IMG/VR virus record: IMGVR_UViG_3300042935_000900
Location: 310-64,309 of that record
Length of the DNA stretch: 64,000 nucleotides
Reading direction: 5' to 3' (one strand)
DNA from: a virus
Lineage: Duplodnaviria > Caudoviricetes
Notes under the pieces: model-generated
Told to the model about the DNA's origin: nothing
The model's input: the letters and a program-made list of their open reading frames with translations, nothing else
Databases searched by the model: none
Shown: in pieces, positions 18,033 to 26,239 of the stretch
How positions within the stretch are numbered: the first letter of the stretch is position 1
How the letters are laid out: each line of letters begins with the position of its first letter
Made by a program: the position numbers and the translations under genes

Positions 18033-18088
18033 ATGTTCGCAACTTTATTTTACCAGATCAAATTTATTTAGTATATTTACATTATAAT
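18033..18088 (+). repeat. 56-nt direct repeat copy 2 (promoter cassette)
   Basis: Near-identical to 17622-17677. Confidence 0.9.
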
Positions 18089-18102
18089 TAAAAACAAACA
18101 AT

Positions 18103-18513
18103 ATGAAAATCGAATCAATCAAATGTAATGGTCTCACTGGAGGCTACGGAAATGCAACACTTAATGTGCAATCAACAATTCAAACTGCTGTTGCTATTTT
18201 TCGAATGAGACACGAAAACATCTTTGAAATGATGCCAGCTGGTGATTATCATCCAGGTACCAGATTTAGTTCTGACGAAAATGTAACTAATAGAATTTGC
18301 TCAGCTCTTTATGAAGCTGCAATTCAAGAAGTGACTGGTAAACATTGGCCAGCACATAATGCAAATGACGAACAATTTGTTCAAATAGTAATGATAATCG
18401 AAAACTTTATCGAAAATATTAGTGGCACCGATATGGATGCTCTTATCTTAGAAGGTATGCGTGACTGTGCAAGTTCAGATCATTGGTATGTTTTCGAAAA
18501 ACAGTGGGTATAA
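18103..18513 (+). CDS. hypothetical protein
   Basis: 136 aa ORF after the promoter cassette. Confidence 0.7.
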   Translation: MKIESIKCNGLTGGYGNATLNVQSTIQTAVAIFRMRHENIFEMMPAGDYHPGTRFSSDENVTNRICSALYEAAIQEVTGKHWPAHNANDEQFVQIVMIIENFIENISGTDMDALILEGMRDCASSDHWYVFEKQWV

Positions 18514-18524
18514 TTAACATATAA
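18499..18524 (+). promoter_or_regulatory. AAAC-N16-ATATAA promoter, 5 nt before ATG
   Basis: Variant of the recurring motif; ATG at 18530. Confidence 0.5.
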
Positions 18525-18529
18525 CTATT

Positions 18530-19459
18530 ATGGCAATAAATCTAGGATATTGCTGCATCAATATGACTTTACAAAAAGAACGTAAAGTCACTATTGGTCG
18601 TGGCATGATTAAAAAAACATTTACAGAACGAGGAATCAAATACGCAAGCGAACTAGCTTTGGCAAATGTCAAAGATATGGTCGAAATTATCAAGTGGAAT
18701 CATGCTAATGGCTTTACGCTTTATCGCATGAGCTCTGATATGTTTCCATGGTGTAGCGAATACCAACTTAAAGATTTACCTGATTATGACAAGATCTGTA
18801 ACGTTCTTAAAGGTGCAGGTACATTAACGAAACAATACGGTCAACGATTGACTTTTCACCCTGGTCCATTCTCGGTTTTGGCTTCTGCTAACCCAGATGT
18901 GGTTGCAAAAACAATCATAGATCTAAATACCCATGGCGAAATTATGGATCTTATTGGCTTACCTCGTACTCCGTATGCTGCCATTAATATTCACGTTAAT
19001 ACTACTGCACCAAACAAAGAAGATGCGATGGCAAGATTCTGTGCTAATTTTGCATTACTTGATGATTCAGCTAAGTCTCGTCTAGTTGTAGAAAATGATG
19101 ACAAAGAATCACAGTACACTGTTGAAGATCTTTACGAACATGTATATTCTGTTATTGGTACTCCAATCACATTTGATTACCATCATCATTGGTGCCATCC
19201 TGGTATTTTATCTCAGCAAGAAGCTTTACGTTTGGCTTCTATGAGTTGGCCTAAAACTGTCAAACAACTTGTTCACTTTTCTTCTTGTAAAACCATTCAT
19301 GAAGATGCTACACAAACTAATAAGCGTGCACATGCCGATTACATTTACGATCATATCAACGACTATGGTTTGGATCTCGATGTAGAAATAGAAGCCAAAG
19401 CCAAAGAATTGGCTGTTAGTCGATACAAGAATGAAACAGTCTTTGAATTTCAGGTATAA
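18530..19459 (+). CDS. uvsE: UV damage endonuclease UvsE/UVDE
   Basis: LGYCCIN, YRMSSDMFP, RLTFHPG, INIH, LVVENDD, FDYHHH, HADY and EAKAKE. Confidence 0.93.
   Translation: MAINLGYCCINMTLQKERKVTIGRGMIKKTFTERGIKYASELALANVKDMVEIIKWNHANGFTLYRMSSDMFPWCSEYQLKDLPDYDKICNVLKGAGTLTKQYGQRLTFHPGPFSVLASANPDVVAKTIIDLNTHGEIMDLIGLPRTPYAAINIHVNTTAPNKEDAMARFCANFALLDDSAKSRLVVENDDKESQYTVEDLYEHVYSVIGTPITFDYHHHWCHPGILSQQEALRLASMSWPKTVKQLVHFSSCKTIHEDATQTNKRAHADYIYDHINDYGLDLDVEIEAKAKELAVSRYKNETVFEFQV
19433..19459 (+). promoter_or_regulatory. GAAAC-N16-GTATAA promoter in the uvsE 3' end
   Basis: Recurring motif, upstream of 19483. Confidence 0.6.
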
Positions 19460-19482
19460 CATCAAATATTAAATTTATATTC

Positions 19483-19707
19483 ATGAAAAAATTCTTTAAA
19501 TCGTGGAGCAAATTGGCTCCTACCGTTATTGCACTGTTTATGGCGCTTTCAGCAGGTGCTGGGCACTTTATCACAGGTACCATTTCATTGTTTGAATTTT
19601 GGACTTTATTAGGTCTAAGTCAAATTATTTCATTATTAACTACGTTTTCTGATGCTATCGAAGAAGCTGAAGAAACCAAAACAGAAAACACTCAAATCAA
19701 TTCATAA
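19483..19707 (+). CDS. small membrane protein
   Basis: Two hydrophobic segments and an acidic tail. Confidence 0.6.
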   Translation: MKKFFKSWSKLAPTVIALFMALSAGAGHFITGTISLFEFWTLLGLSQIISLLTTFSDAIEEAEETKTENTQINS

Positions 19708-19949
19708 TGGCTGCAGAAAATTTAAAACTAAGAGCACTTAAATCCAGATACAATGCTCAAAAAGACAATGCATTTGCAACCTTAGAAGTTTATTTAACTA
19801 ATTCTATTGGAATTGGTGAACATCCGCAAATCATGGATGAAATCGATAAACTAATACGATCTATTGCTGATGCCGACGGTTGCTTAGAAGTAATAAGCAA
19901 ATACATCGAAATAGATACACCTACTGAAAATCAGGAACCACAAGCTTAA
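19707..19949 (+). CDS. hypothetical phage protein
   Basis: 80 aa; YL.N..GIGEHP motif recalled from T4-like phage hypothetical proteins. Confidence 0.7.
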   Translation: MAAENLKLRALKSRYNAQKDNAFATLEVYLTNSIGIGEHPQIMDEIDKLIRSIADADGCLEVISKYIEIDTPTENQEPQA

Positions 19950-19956
19950 ACTTATT

Positions 19957-19984
19957 AAGGAGGACTATAGTCCTCCTTTTTTTT
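19957..19984 (+). terminator. intrinsic terminator (perfect palindrome)
   Basis: AAGGAGGACTATAGTCCTCCTT followed by a T run. Confidence 0.85.
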
Positions 19985-19992
19985 GATATATA
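19985..19992 (+). promoter_or_regulatory. late-type promoter GATATATA
   Basis: Immediately after the terminator, heading the leader-bearing ORF array. Confidence 0.65.
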
Positions 19993-20047
19993 GTAAAATA
20001 TAGCTTGAAAAAGTTTACAAAAAGTATGGACGGTGATAGTATAACCC

Positions 20048-20323
20048 ATGAAAAGGGCACACAAAATAGTAAGAGAAAATCTGGCCTCGATATTCTTGGT
20101 GGTAGCGACGTTCCTGAACCCCTTAGGTTTCGACGTGGCTTTTTATTCTGTGATGAAAATGACAGGATCCTATTGGATTACAACTGGAATATTCTACCTT
20201 GGATCGGCTTGCTTCTTTGGTTTGTATTTTTGGCTACGTAAAAGGGATAGAAATAAAACTACCCAAAAGGAAATAAAATTAAATGATGCTGATGAATGGG
20301 ACAATTGGCATAATCATCACTGA
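20048..20323 (+). CDS. small membrane protein
   Basis: ATG start and two TM-like segments; preferred over the overlapping TTG ORF 20005. Confidence 0.6.
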   Translation: MKRAHKIVRENLASIFLVVATFLNPLGFDVAFYSVMKMTGSYWITTGIFYLGSACFFGLYFWLRKRDRNKTTQKEIKLNDADEWDNWHNHH

Positions 20324-20331
20324 ATAGCAAT

Positions 20332-20886
20332 ATGAAATATATTAAATTATTCGAAGAGTTCATAAATGAATTTGAAATTCCATCTAATAAATGGATTGAA
20401 ATGGATTTAAAGAAAATCGACAAAGACGGAATGCAAGAGATTTGGGATATGTACACTAAAACGTATCTTGATGCAGGAATGGATCTTTCAGCTGATGATT
20501 GGCAAGAAATGCAATCAAAATACAAAGCAACTGCCTTAAAAGATGTCGATTCAGATCATACAGCAGATGCCTTTATTATTTACAAACCTACGAAATGGGG
20601 AAATAAGATTGCTTTATTGGGAACTAATGGCAAGAAAGAAGCCAAATCTGATGTTGTTAAAAAGTTATTACAATTAGTTAGCACTAAAGGTTGGTTTATT
20701 GAAGCAAGCCTTAAGATGGAAGAAATTCTGTCTAAGTCAGGTGCTCCGGTTATTAAAGACGAAGAAATGATTAGAGATGTTGTTGGAGCAGATAAACAAC
20801 CAGAATTTACCGGAGACGGATATTATACCAGATTCCTTTCAAAAGCTGGCAAAAGAATTACAAAAAGAATCTACGGTAAAATATGA
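20332..20886 (+). CDS. putative internal head protein, leader MKYIKLFEEFINE
   Basis: Shared N-terminal leader. Confidence 0.65.
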   Translation: MKYIKLFEEFINEFEIPSNKWIEMDLKKIDKDGMQEIWDMYTKTYLDAGMDLSADDWQEMQSKYKATALKDVDSDHTADAFIIYKPTKWGNKIALLGTNGKKEAKSDVVKKLLQLVSTKGWFIEASLKMEEILSKSGAPVIKDEEMIRDVVGADKQPEFTGDGYYTRFLSKAGKRITKRIYGKI

Positions 20887-21158
20887 AACACATTAAAATA
20901 TTTGAAAACTTCGTATTAGAATCTGGATACTCGGAAAAGATAAAAGCTCTTGGTCAAAAAGCTGTTGATTTGGCTAATAAAAAAGCTCAATTAACTATTA
21001 AGGTTAGAGAATTAACGGCTGATGCAGAGAAACCCAAAGATGTTGTTAAAGCTGAAATTGGTCGATTGCAATTGCAAATCATAGAAATGGATCGTCAAAA
21101 GTTACAATTAAGTAAACGTCTTGCTGATTTAAATCAAAAGCTTAAGAATTTAGCGTGA
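20883..21158 (+). CDS. putative internal head protein, coiled coil, leader MKHIKIFENFVLE
   Basis: Shared N-terminal leader. Confidence 0.65.
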   Translation: MKHIKIFENFVLESGYSEKIKALGQKAVDLANKKAQLTIKVRELTADAEKPKDVVKAEIGRLQLQIIEMDRQKLQLSKRLADLNQKLKNLA

Positions 21159-21559
21159 AACATATAAAACTATTTGAAGACTTTGTTGGCGAATCAAAAT
21201 TTGATTCAGCTTATGAGCGAATTGATAGTTTGCCTAAAGGTGCAATATTTGATGATGCCAAACGAATAGGTGGTATTTTTGATATTTCTAAACATTCTTG
21301 GAGTGATGTTGTTAATGCATTTGAAAAGAATCAAAAGAATGCAAAGGTTAAATCGATAAATATAAAAGACATTCAAATAACTCAGCCTAATATTCAGAGT
21401 AATAAAGTAAAGGCAATGATTGAGAAATTTGATAAATTGCCTATGATTAATGTTGTTGAATTCTCTGATGGATTAGTAATATATGACGGTCATCATCGCT
21501 TATTAACAGCATGGGCCCTTGGCGAAACCAAAATAAAATTTAATTTGGTAAAGATATGA
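21155..21559 (+). CDS. ParB/Srx-like domain protein, leader MKHIKLFEDFVGE
   Basis: TQP and IYDGHHRL..A motifs; shared leader; GTG start. Confidence 0.7.
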   Translation: MKHIKLFEDFVGESKFDSAYERIDSLPKGAIFDDAKRIGGIFDISKHSWSDVVNAFEKNQKNAKVKSINIKDIQITQPNIQSNKVKAMIEKFDKLPMINVVEFSDGLVIYDGHHRLLTAWALGETKIKFNLVKI

Positions 21560-22104
21560 AACATTTAAAAGCATTTGAAGCTTTTGTTAAAGAAGCAAAG
21601 AAACCAGGTCCAAAACCTTATATGACTGGTCTAAGTGATGAAAAAGAAGAGAAGAAAAAAGAGCAGATGAAAAAACAAGCTGAAATGGACGATGATGATC
21701 CTAATGCTTATAAAGATATGCCAGGTGACAAAGAGGCTAGAGAAAAAGGTAAGGTAAAAACTTCGAAGCACACCAAAAAATATCACGAATTATACGGAGA
21801 ATCTGTTGATGAGGCTGAAGAAAAACAATCGACTGATAAGGGTCCAATAGACGATGATGCAATCGAAACTGGTTTAAAGAAAAAGGCTGAAGATTCTGGA
21901 GTTCCAATAGGAATTATTAGAGCTGTCATGAGAAGAGGTATAGCTGCATGGAAAACTGGACACAGACCTGGAACAACTTCTCAACAATGGGGTTACGCAA
22001 GAGTAAATGCTTTTTTAACAAAGGGTGATGGAACTTGGGGTGGATCTGATAAAGATCTAGCTAAAGAAGTTAGAGACGGTGGTCACGATAAAGATATGAA
22101 GTAA
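21556..22104 (+). CDS. DUF5824-like protein, leader MKHLKAFEAFVKE
   Basis: SGVPIGII..V.RRG.AAWKTGHRPG...QQWGYARVNAF. Confidence 0.65.
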   Translation: MKHLKAFEAFVKEAKKPGPKPYMTGLSDEKEEKKKEQMKKQAEMDDDDPNAYKDMPGDKEAREKGKVKTSKHTKKYHELYGESVDEAEEKQSTDKGPIDDDAIETGLKKKAEDSGVPIGIIRAVMRRGIAAWKTGHRPGTTSQQWGYARVNAFLTKGDGTWGGSDKDLAKEVRDGGHDKDMK

Positions 22105-22105
22105 T

Positions 22106-22519
22106 ATGAAACACTTAAAGCTATACGAAGATTTTATTAATGAAAGAATCAAGGCTTCTGAAGCATACGATACAATGAATGGGGTACAGACTGTGATTGA
22201 TAATAAGAGAGATCTTGTTTTTATTTCAACAATGGATAATCCAATTTATAGGCCAAATAACGAAAGTGAATTGGCTGCAATGCATTATGGTTTAGAAAAT
22301 GGTCTTAAAGCGATTGAGGTTAAAGGTAAAACTGATGGTAGAGCTTGGGTGTTGTACAAGAAAAATAAAAAGGCTGCACAAAAGCTAGCAGATTATGCTG
22401 AAAGTAAAGATGGTTATTTAAGTGATAGCACACCAGAAGAGGCAAAATATGTTGGAGATCTATTAGGTTACGATAATGCCGATATTCAATCATTTATAAA
22501 AAGAGTCTATAAGAAATGA
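22106..22519 (+). CDS. putative internal head protein, leader MKHLKLYEDFINE
   Basis: Shared N-terminal leader. Confidence 0.65.
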   Translation: MKHLKLYEDFINERIKASEAYDTMNGVQTVIDNKRDLVFISTMDNPIYRPNNESELAAMHYGLENGLKAIEVKGKTDGRAWVLYKKNKKAAQKLADYAESKDGYLSDSTPEEAKYVGDLLGYDNADIQSFIKRVYKK

Positions 22520-23025
22520 AACACGTTAAATTATTTGAAGAATTTATACTCGAAGAAGTAAAAGACGGAGTTGTTACATGTGATAGTTGCAATTGGCATT
22601 GGGATTTATCTGATGGCTATGATGGTGGTGAAAGAAATCCATATCTTTGTCATAAATGCGGACATAATAATAAACCATCTATAAATGAATCTGAAGAGAC
22701 TTACAACGATTATCCAGCAGCAGCAACTAAAAATGCTCAAATGGCAATTGATTGGAAAGAAAAATATGGCAGAGATGAAGTTGAAGCTGGTACACCAGTT
22801 GGTTGGGCTAGAGCAAATCAACTAGCAAATAAAGAAAATATTTCAGTAGATACTATTAATAGAATGTCTGCGTTTAATAGACACAGAAAGAATTCAAAAA
22901 TAGATCCAGAATTTAAAGATACTCCATGGAAAGATAAGGGCTATGTCGCTTGGCTTATTTGGGGTGGAGATGAAGGCGTTGAGTGGGCGATGAAAAAAGC
23001 CGATGAATTGCGTTCAAAAGAATAA
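22516..23025 (+). CDS. putative internal head protein with Zn ribbon, leader MKHVKLFEEFILE
   Basis: CDSC and CHKC; C-terminal GTPVGWARANQLA...AWLIWGG domain. Confidence 0.65.
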   Translation: MKHVKLFEEFILEEVKDGVVTCDSCNWHWDLSDGYDGGERNPYLCHKCGHNNKPSINESEETYNDYPAAATKNAQMAIDWKEKYGRDEVEAGTPVGWARANQLANKENISVDTINRMSAFNRHRKNSKIDPEFKDTPWKDKGYVAWLIWGGDEGVEWAMKKADELRSKE

Positions 23026-23028
23026 ACG

Positions 23029-23036
23029 GATATATA
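23029..23036 (+). promoter_or_regulatory. late-type promoter GATATATA
   Basis: Intergenic, upstream of 23069. Confidence 0.65.
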
Positions 23037-23068
23037 AACCCTAAAAGCTAAAATTAAAATTATATAAA

Positions 23069-23710
23069 ATGGCAAAAATTCAATCTTATGAAGAATTCGT
23101 TGAAGCTTTAGAGCAAGACGAACTTAAGAAAACATCCACTGCACTTGCAGAAGAAGAGGATGAGGACGATGAAGAAAAAGACGGTGAAGAAACTGATAAA
23201 GAAGGTGACTCTGAAGAATCAGATGATGACACAGATAAAGAACTTGCAGATCTAGAAAAAGAAACTGAAGAAGAACCTGCTGAAGAGCCAGAAGAAACTG
23301 AAGAAGAACCTGCTGAAGAGCCAGAAGAAACTGAAGAAGAACCTGCTGAAGAGCCAGAAGAAACTGAAGAAGAACCTGCTGAAGAGCCTGTAACTGTTGT
23401 TGATGACATCAAAGATGACGAAGATCCAACAGTAGAATCAATTTCTAAAAACCTTTACGAGAAAGTAAAGAAAGAAGCTACTGCATGGAACGAAGATATG
23501 CATGATGAGCACACTATCGAATCTTATCTTAAAGAAAATTGCGCAATGCATGCTGGAATGATGGCAAATGCACTTAAAGAACTTAAAGGCGCTAAAGACG
23601 ACTACACTGTAGAAATGTACGAAGCAGCTTGTGAGACTTTAAAAGAGTCTTTTACTAAGAAAATTGATGAGATGAAAGAGGCTTACGCAGCTGAAGGTCC
23701 AACAATGTAA
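23069..23710 (+). CDS. highly acidic protein, leader MAKIQSYEEFVE (possible prohead core or internal protein)
   Basis: E/D-rich with an internal tandem repeat. Confidence 0.65.
   Translation: MAKIQSYEEFVEALEQDELKKTSTALAEEEDEDDEEKDGEETDKEGDSEESDDDTDKELADLEKETEEEPAEEPEETEEEPAEEPEETEEEPAEEPEETEEEPAEEPVTVVDDIKDDEDPTVESISKNLYEKVKKEATAWNEDMHDEHTIESYLKENCAMHAGMMANALKELKGAKDDYTVEMYEAACETLKESFTKKIDEMKEAYAAEGPTM
23261..23389 (+). repeat. 33-nt tandem repeat, about 3.9 copies, encoding ETEEEPAEEPE
   Basis: GAAACTGAAGAAGAACCTGCTGAAGAGCCAGAA in identical copies. Confidence 0.92.
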
Positions 23711-23723
23711 TAAACTTACTAAT

Positions 23724-23749
23724 AAACTTTATTGAAAGTCGTTGTATAA
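23724..23749 (+). promoter_or_regulatory. AAAC-N16-GTATAA promoter
   Basis: Recurring motif, upstream of dCMP deaminase. Confidence 0.6.
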
Positions 23750-23766
23750 CCTACAACGACTTTTTT
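23735..23766 (+). terminator. intrinsic terminator overlapping the promoter
   Basis: AAAGTCGTTGTA-taacc-TACAACGACTTT followed by a T run. Confidence 0.8.
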
Positions 23767-23769
23767 ATT

Positions 23770-24288
23770 ATGCCAAGAATTCCTATAGAAATAACTTATA
23801 TGCAAGTTGCTTACCAATTTGCCAAGTTAAGTTACGCAGAGAGACGTAAAGTTGGCTGCGTAATTGTAAAAGACAAACAAATTATATCATTCGGATACAA
23901 TGGTATGCCTCATGGCTTTGATAATCAATGTGAAGAGCTTATTACAGACACTAAATATTATGAAAACCCAGATCATGCATTTGATCTAGAAGATCAAGGT
24001 TACAAATGTGAAAATGGTTGCTGTAACAAAGACACATTAACAACTAAACGAGAAGTTTTGCATGCTGAATCCAATGCAATTTTAAAGGTAGCTAAGTCTA
24101 CTATGAATTGTGAGGGAGCTGAATTGTATACAACTACTTGTCCATGCTTTGATTGTGCAAAACTAATCATACAGGCTGGAATTTCAAAAGTATATTACTG
24201 TGAAGACTATAGGGATATGAGTGGAGTAGATTTAATTGAAAGAGCGGGAATAGAAATTGAACAAGTAATTAGTTGGAATGCAGAATAA
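23770..24288 (+). CDS. dCMP deaminase
   Basis: KVGCVIV, GYNG.P, HAESNAI and PCFDC. Confidence 0.93.
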   Translation: MPRIPIEITYMQVAYQFAKLSYAERRKVGCVIVKDKQIISFGYNGMPHGFDNQCEELITDTKYYENPDHAFDLEDQGYKCENGCCNKDTLTTKREVLHAESNAILKVAKSTMNCEGAELYTTTCPCFDCAKLIIQAGISKVYYCEDYRDMSGVDLIERAGIEIEQVISWNAE

Positions 24289-26008
24289 TATAAAGAATCA
24301 AATAGACGAAATATTAGAAAAAGGCCTTTTAGGTCATGGTTTCCAATTTCGAACAGGACAAAGAGAAACGGTTGAAGCCATTTGTAATGCCTACTACGAG
24401 GATCCAGAAGGAACTGTCGTTATAGATGCACCAACAGGAACTGGAAAGTCAATTATTGCAATGGCATCGAGTATGGTCTTAACGCAATTAGGTCATCGAG
24501 GTTATCTAATTGCCAGTGATATTAGCTTACAAGACCAATATGAAAGTGACTTTTACAAATTAGGAATCAATTGGCCTTCAGTCAAAGGCGTTGATAATTA
24601 CACATGTGAAGTCAATGGATTACCATTTAGCATTGGTGATTGTAAAATTAAGGGCCTAGGTTACGAAGCTGCTAGCAAATTAGAATGTTATGGCAATTGT
24701 GAATACTTACAAAGAAGATCCAGAGCTATTAATCACTCAGTCGCCTTACTTAATTATAGCTTTTGGTTGATCCAGCGTAATTACGTCGAAGCCAAAATGG
24801 CACAAGATGGTCGTCCAGTTCCTTTTGAACAAAGAGACTTTGTCTTTTTTGATGAGGCCCACAAAGTTGATGAGGTGGTTCAAAACCACTTTAGCCCAAG
24901 AGTAGATCAATTTGTGGTAGGTAAGATTCATTCCTTAAACCTATTCATTAATAGACACAATATCAAAGCTCCCAGATACACAAAGAACCAAATCGACGTA
25001 TTAGTACATGATTTAATGACTGAAACTGACAGAGAGCTCCTATTCGAGACAATGGTCCAATTTGATAGTATGTTAAGATCTTATACAAAGGTCAGAGAAG
25101 CTGCTAATAAGTTAGCGAAAGCTCGTTTTGGTAATGGGGCTGTTCCTAAAGATTGGCAAACCGCTTTTACGACCTTTGACAGAATCAAAGACATGCACTG
25201 CAAATTTGAGGACTATATTGCTCTTATTGAAGAGGTAGGAAAACCAGCGATGGTTATCAACCAAAAACAAGACGAAACTCAATTTATGTGTGTTGAAGAG
25301 CAAGCAATGATTCGTAAGTACTTACATGCCAAGGCAAATTTTAAAGTCTTTATGAGTGCCACTATCGGGGATCCTGCTACTTATATGAGAATCATGGGAA
25401 TTACAAATGCCAAGTTTATTAGACTTGGTAATGACTTCAATTATGAAAAATCTCCCGTTGTTTTTATCAATAAGTACAGACTTTCAATGAAAGAAAAGGA
25501 AAAAAGCTTTGCGCCTGTTCTTGAGATGCTTGATAAAATCTTGGCAAAACACAAAGGTCAAAGAGGTATCATTCACTCTGGATCCTATGAATTTAGTAAA
25601 AGAATTCTAGAACAAAGTAGTGAATCAATGAGACTTATTAATTATGCTGATAGCAAACAAAAGGCTATTGCCTTAAATGAGTTTAAAAATTCCAAAGATA
25701 AAATTTTAATCGGTCCTTCAATTCTAGAGGGATTAGATCTTAAAGACGATGTTAGTCGTTTTCAAATATTCTTTAAAGTACCATATCCGTCACTAGGCGA
25801 TCCATTAATCAAAGCTAAAATGAACCACATGCCAGATTGGTATGATTGGAAAACTGCCATCTCTTTTTTACAGGGTGTTGGTAGATCAGTTAGAACAAAA
25901 GATGATTGGGCTGTCACTTATGTTCTGGATGCGTGCTTCCAAAGTTTAATAAATAAGAAGGATTACATTCCTGCAGATATTAAGAAACGTATAAAAACCA
26001 TAAGATAA
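24278..26008 (+). CDS. DinG/Rad3-like SF2 helicase
   Basis: Q motif FRTGQ, APTGTGKS, Cys cluster, DEAH, MSAT, EGLD, KVPYP and QGVGRSVR. Confidence 0.88.
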   Translation: MQNNIKNQIDEILEKGLLGHGFQFRTGQRETVEAICNAYYEDPEGTVVIDAPTGTGKSIIAMASSMVLTQLGHRGYLIASDISLQDQYESDFYKLGINWPSVKGVDNYTCEVNGLPFSIGDCKIKGLGYEAASKLECYGNCEYLQRRSRAINHSVALLNYSFWLIQRNYVEAKMAQDGRPVPFEQRDFVFFDEAHKVDEVVQNHFSPRVDQFVVGKIHSLNLFINRHNIKAPRYTKNQIDVLVHDLMTETDRELLFETMVQFDSMLRSYTKVREAANKLAKARFGNGAVPKDWQTAFTTFDRIKDMHCKFEDYIALIEEVGKPAMVINQKQDETQFMCVEEQAMIRKYLHAKANFKVFMSATIGDPATYMRIMGITNAKFIRLGNDFNYEKSPVVFINKYRLSMKEKEKSFAPVLEMLDKILAKHKGQRGIIHSGSYEFSKRILEQSSESMRLINYADSKQKAIALNEFKNSKDKILIGPSILEGLDLKDDVSRFQIFFKVPYPSLGDPLIKAKMNHMPDWYDWKTAISFLQGVGRSVRTKDDWAVTYVLDACFQSLINKKDYIPADIKKRIKTIR

Positions 26009-26187
26009 TGAGCTTTAACAAGAGATATTTACCGGAAGTTGATAAATTAAAAGAACTATTAGTTGAAATGGGCGAGAGTCAATTTCTAAAGATTTATCTC
26101 TTCAATCCTGATGCAAGAATAGGTAGCAAAGAATCCATTGATTTCATCGATAAAGTTTATGAAAATCATAAAATGCGTGAAAATTAA
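26008..26187 (+). CDS. small hypothetical protein (59 aa, absent from ORF track)
   Basis: TAATG coupling; MSFNKRYLPEVDKLKELL...HKMREN. Confidence 0.65.
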   Translation: MSFNKRYLPEVDKLKELLVEMGESQFLKIYLFNPDARIGSKESIDFIDKVYENHKMREN

Positions 26188-26211
26188 ACAATGTATACTA
26201 AACGTGTATAA
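26186..26211 (+). promoter_or_regulatory. AAAC-N16-GTATAA promoter
   Basis: Recurring motif, upstream of ATG 26240. Confidence 0.6.
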
Positions 26212-26239
26212 CATACTAAATATATTCAAGAAGAAACTT

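Noticed and set aside
17622-18088. Direct repeats as CRISPR repeats or att sites
   Set aside because: Only two full copies, separated by a gene; they contain the promoter motif and no integrase is present
20005-20241. TTG-start ORF overlapping 20048..20323
   Set aside because: The overlapping ATG frame gives a more plausible two-TM protein that tiles with the next gene
23086-23412. Minus-strand Ser-rich ORF
   Set aside because: Antisense shadow of the GAA-rich acidic repeat
26138-26239. N-terminal extension of ORF 26138
   Set aside because: Overlaps the 59-aa ORF 26008-26187 and a promoter motif; ATG 26240 is preferred
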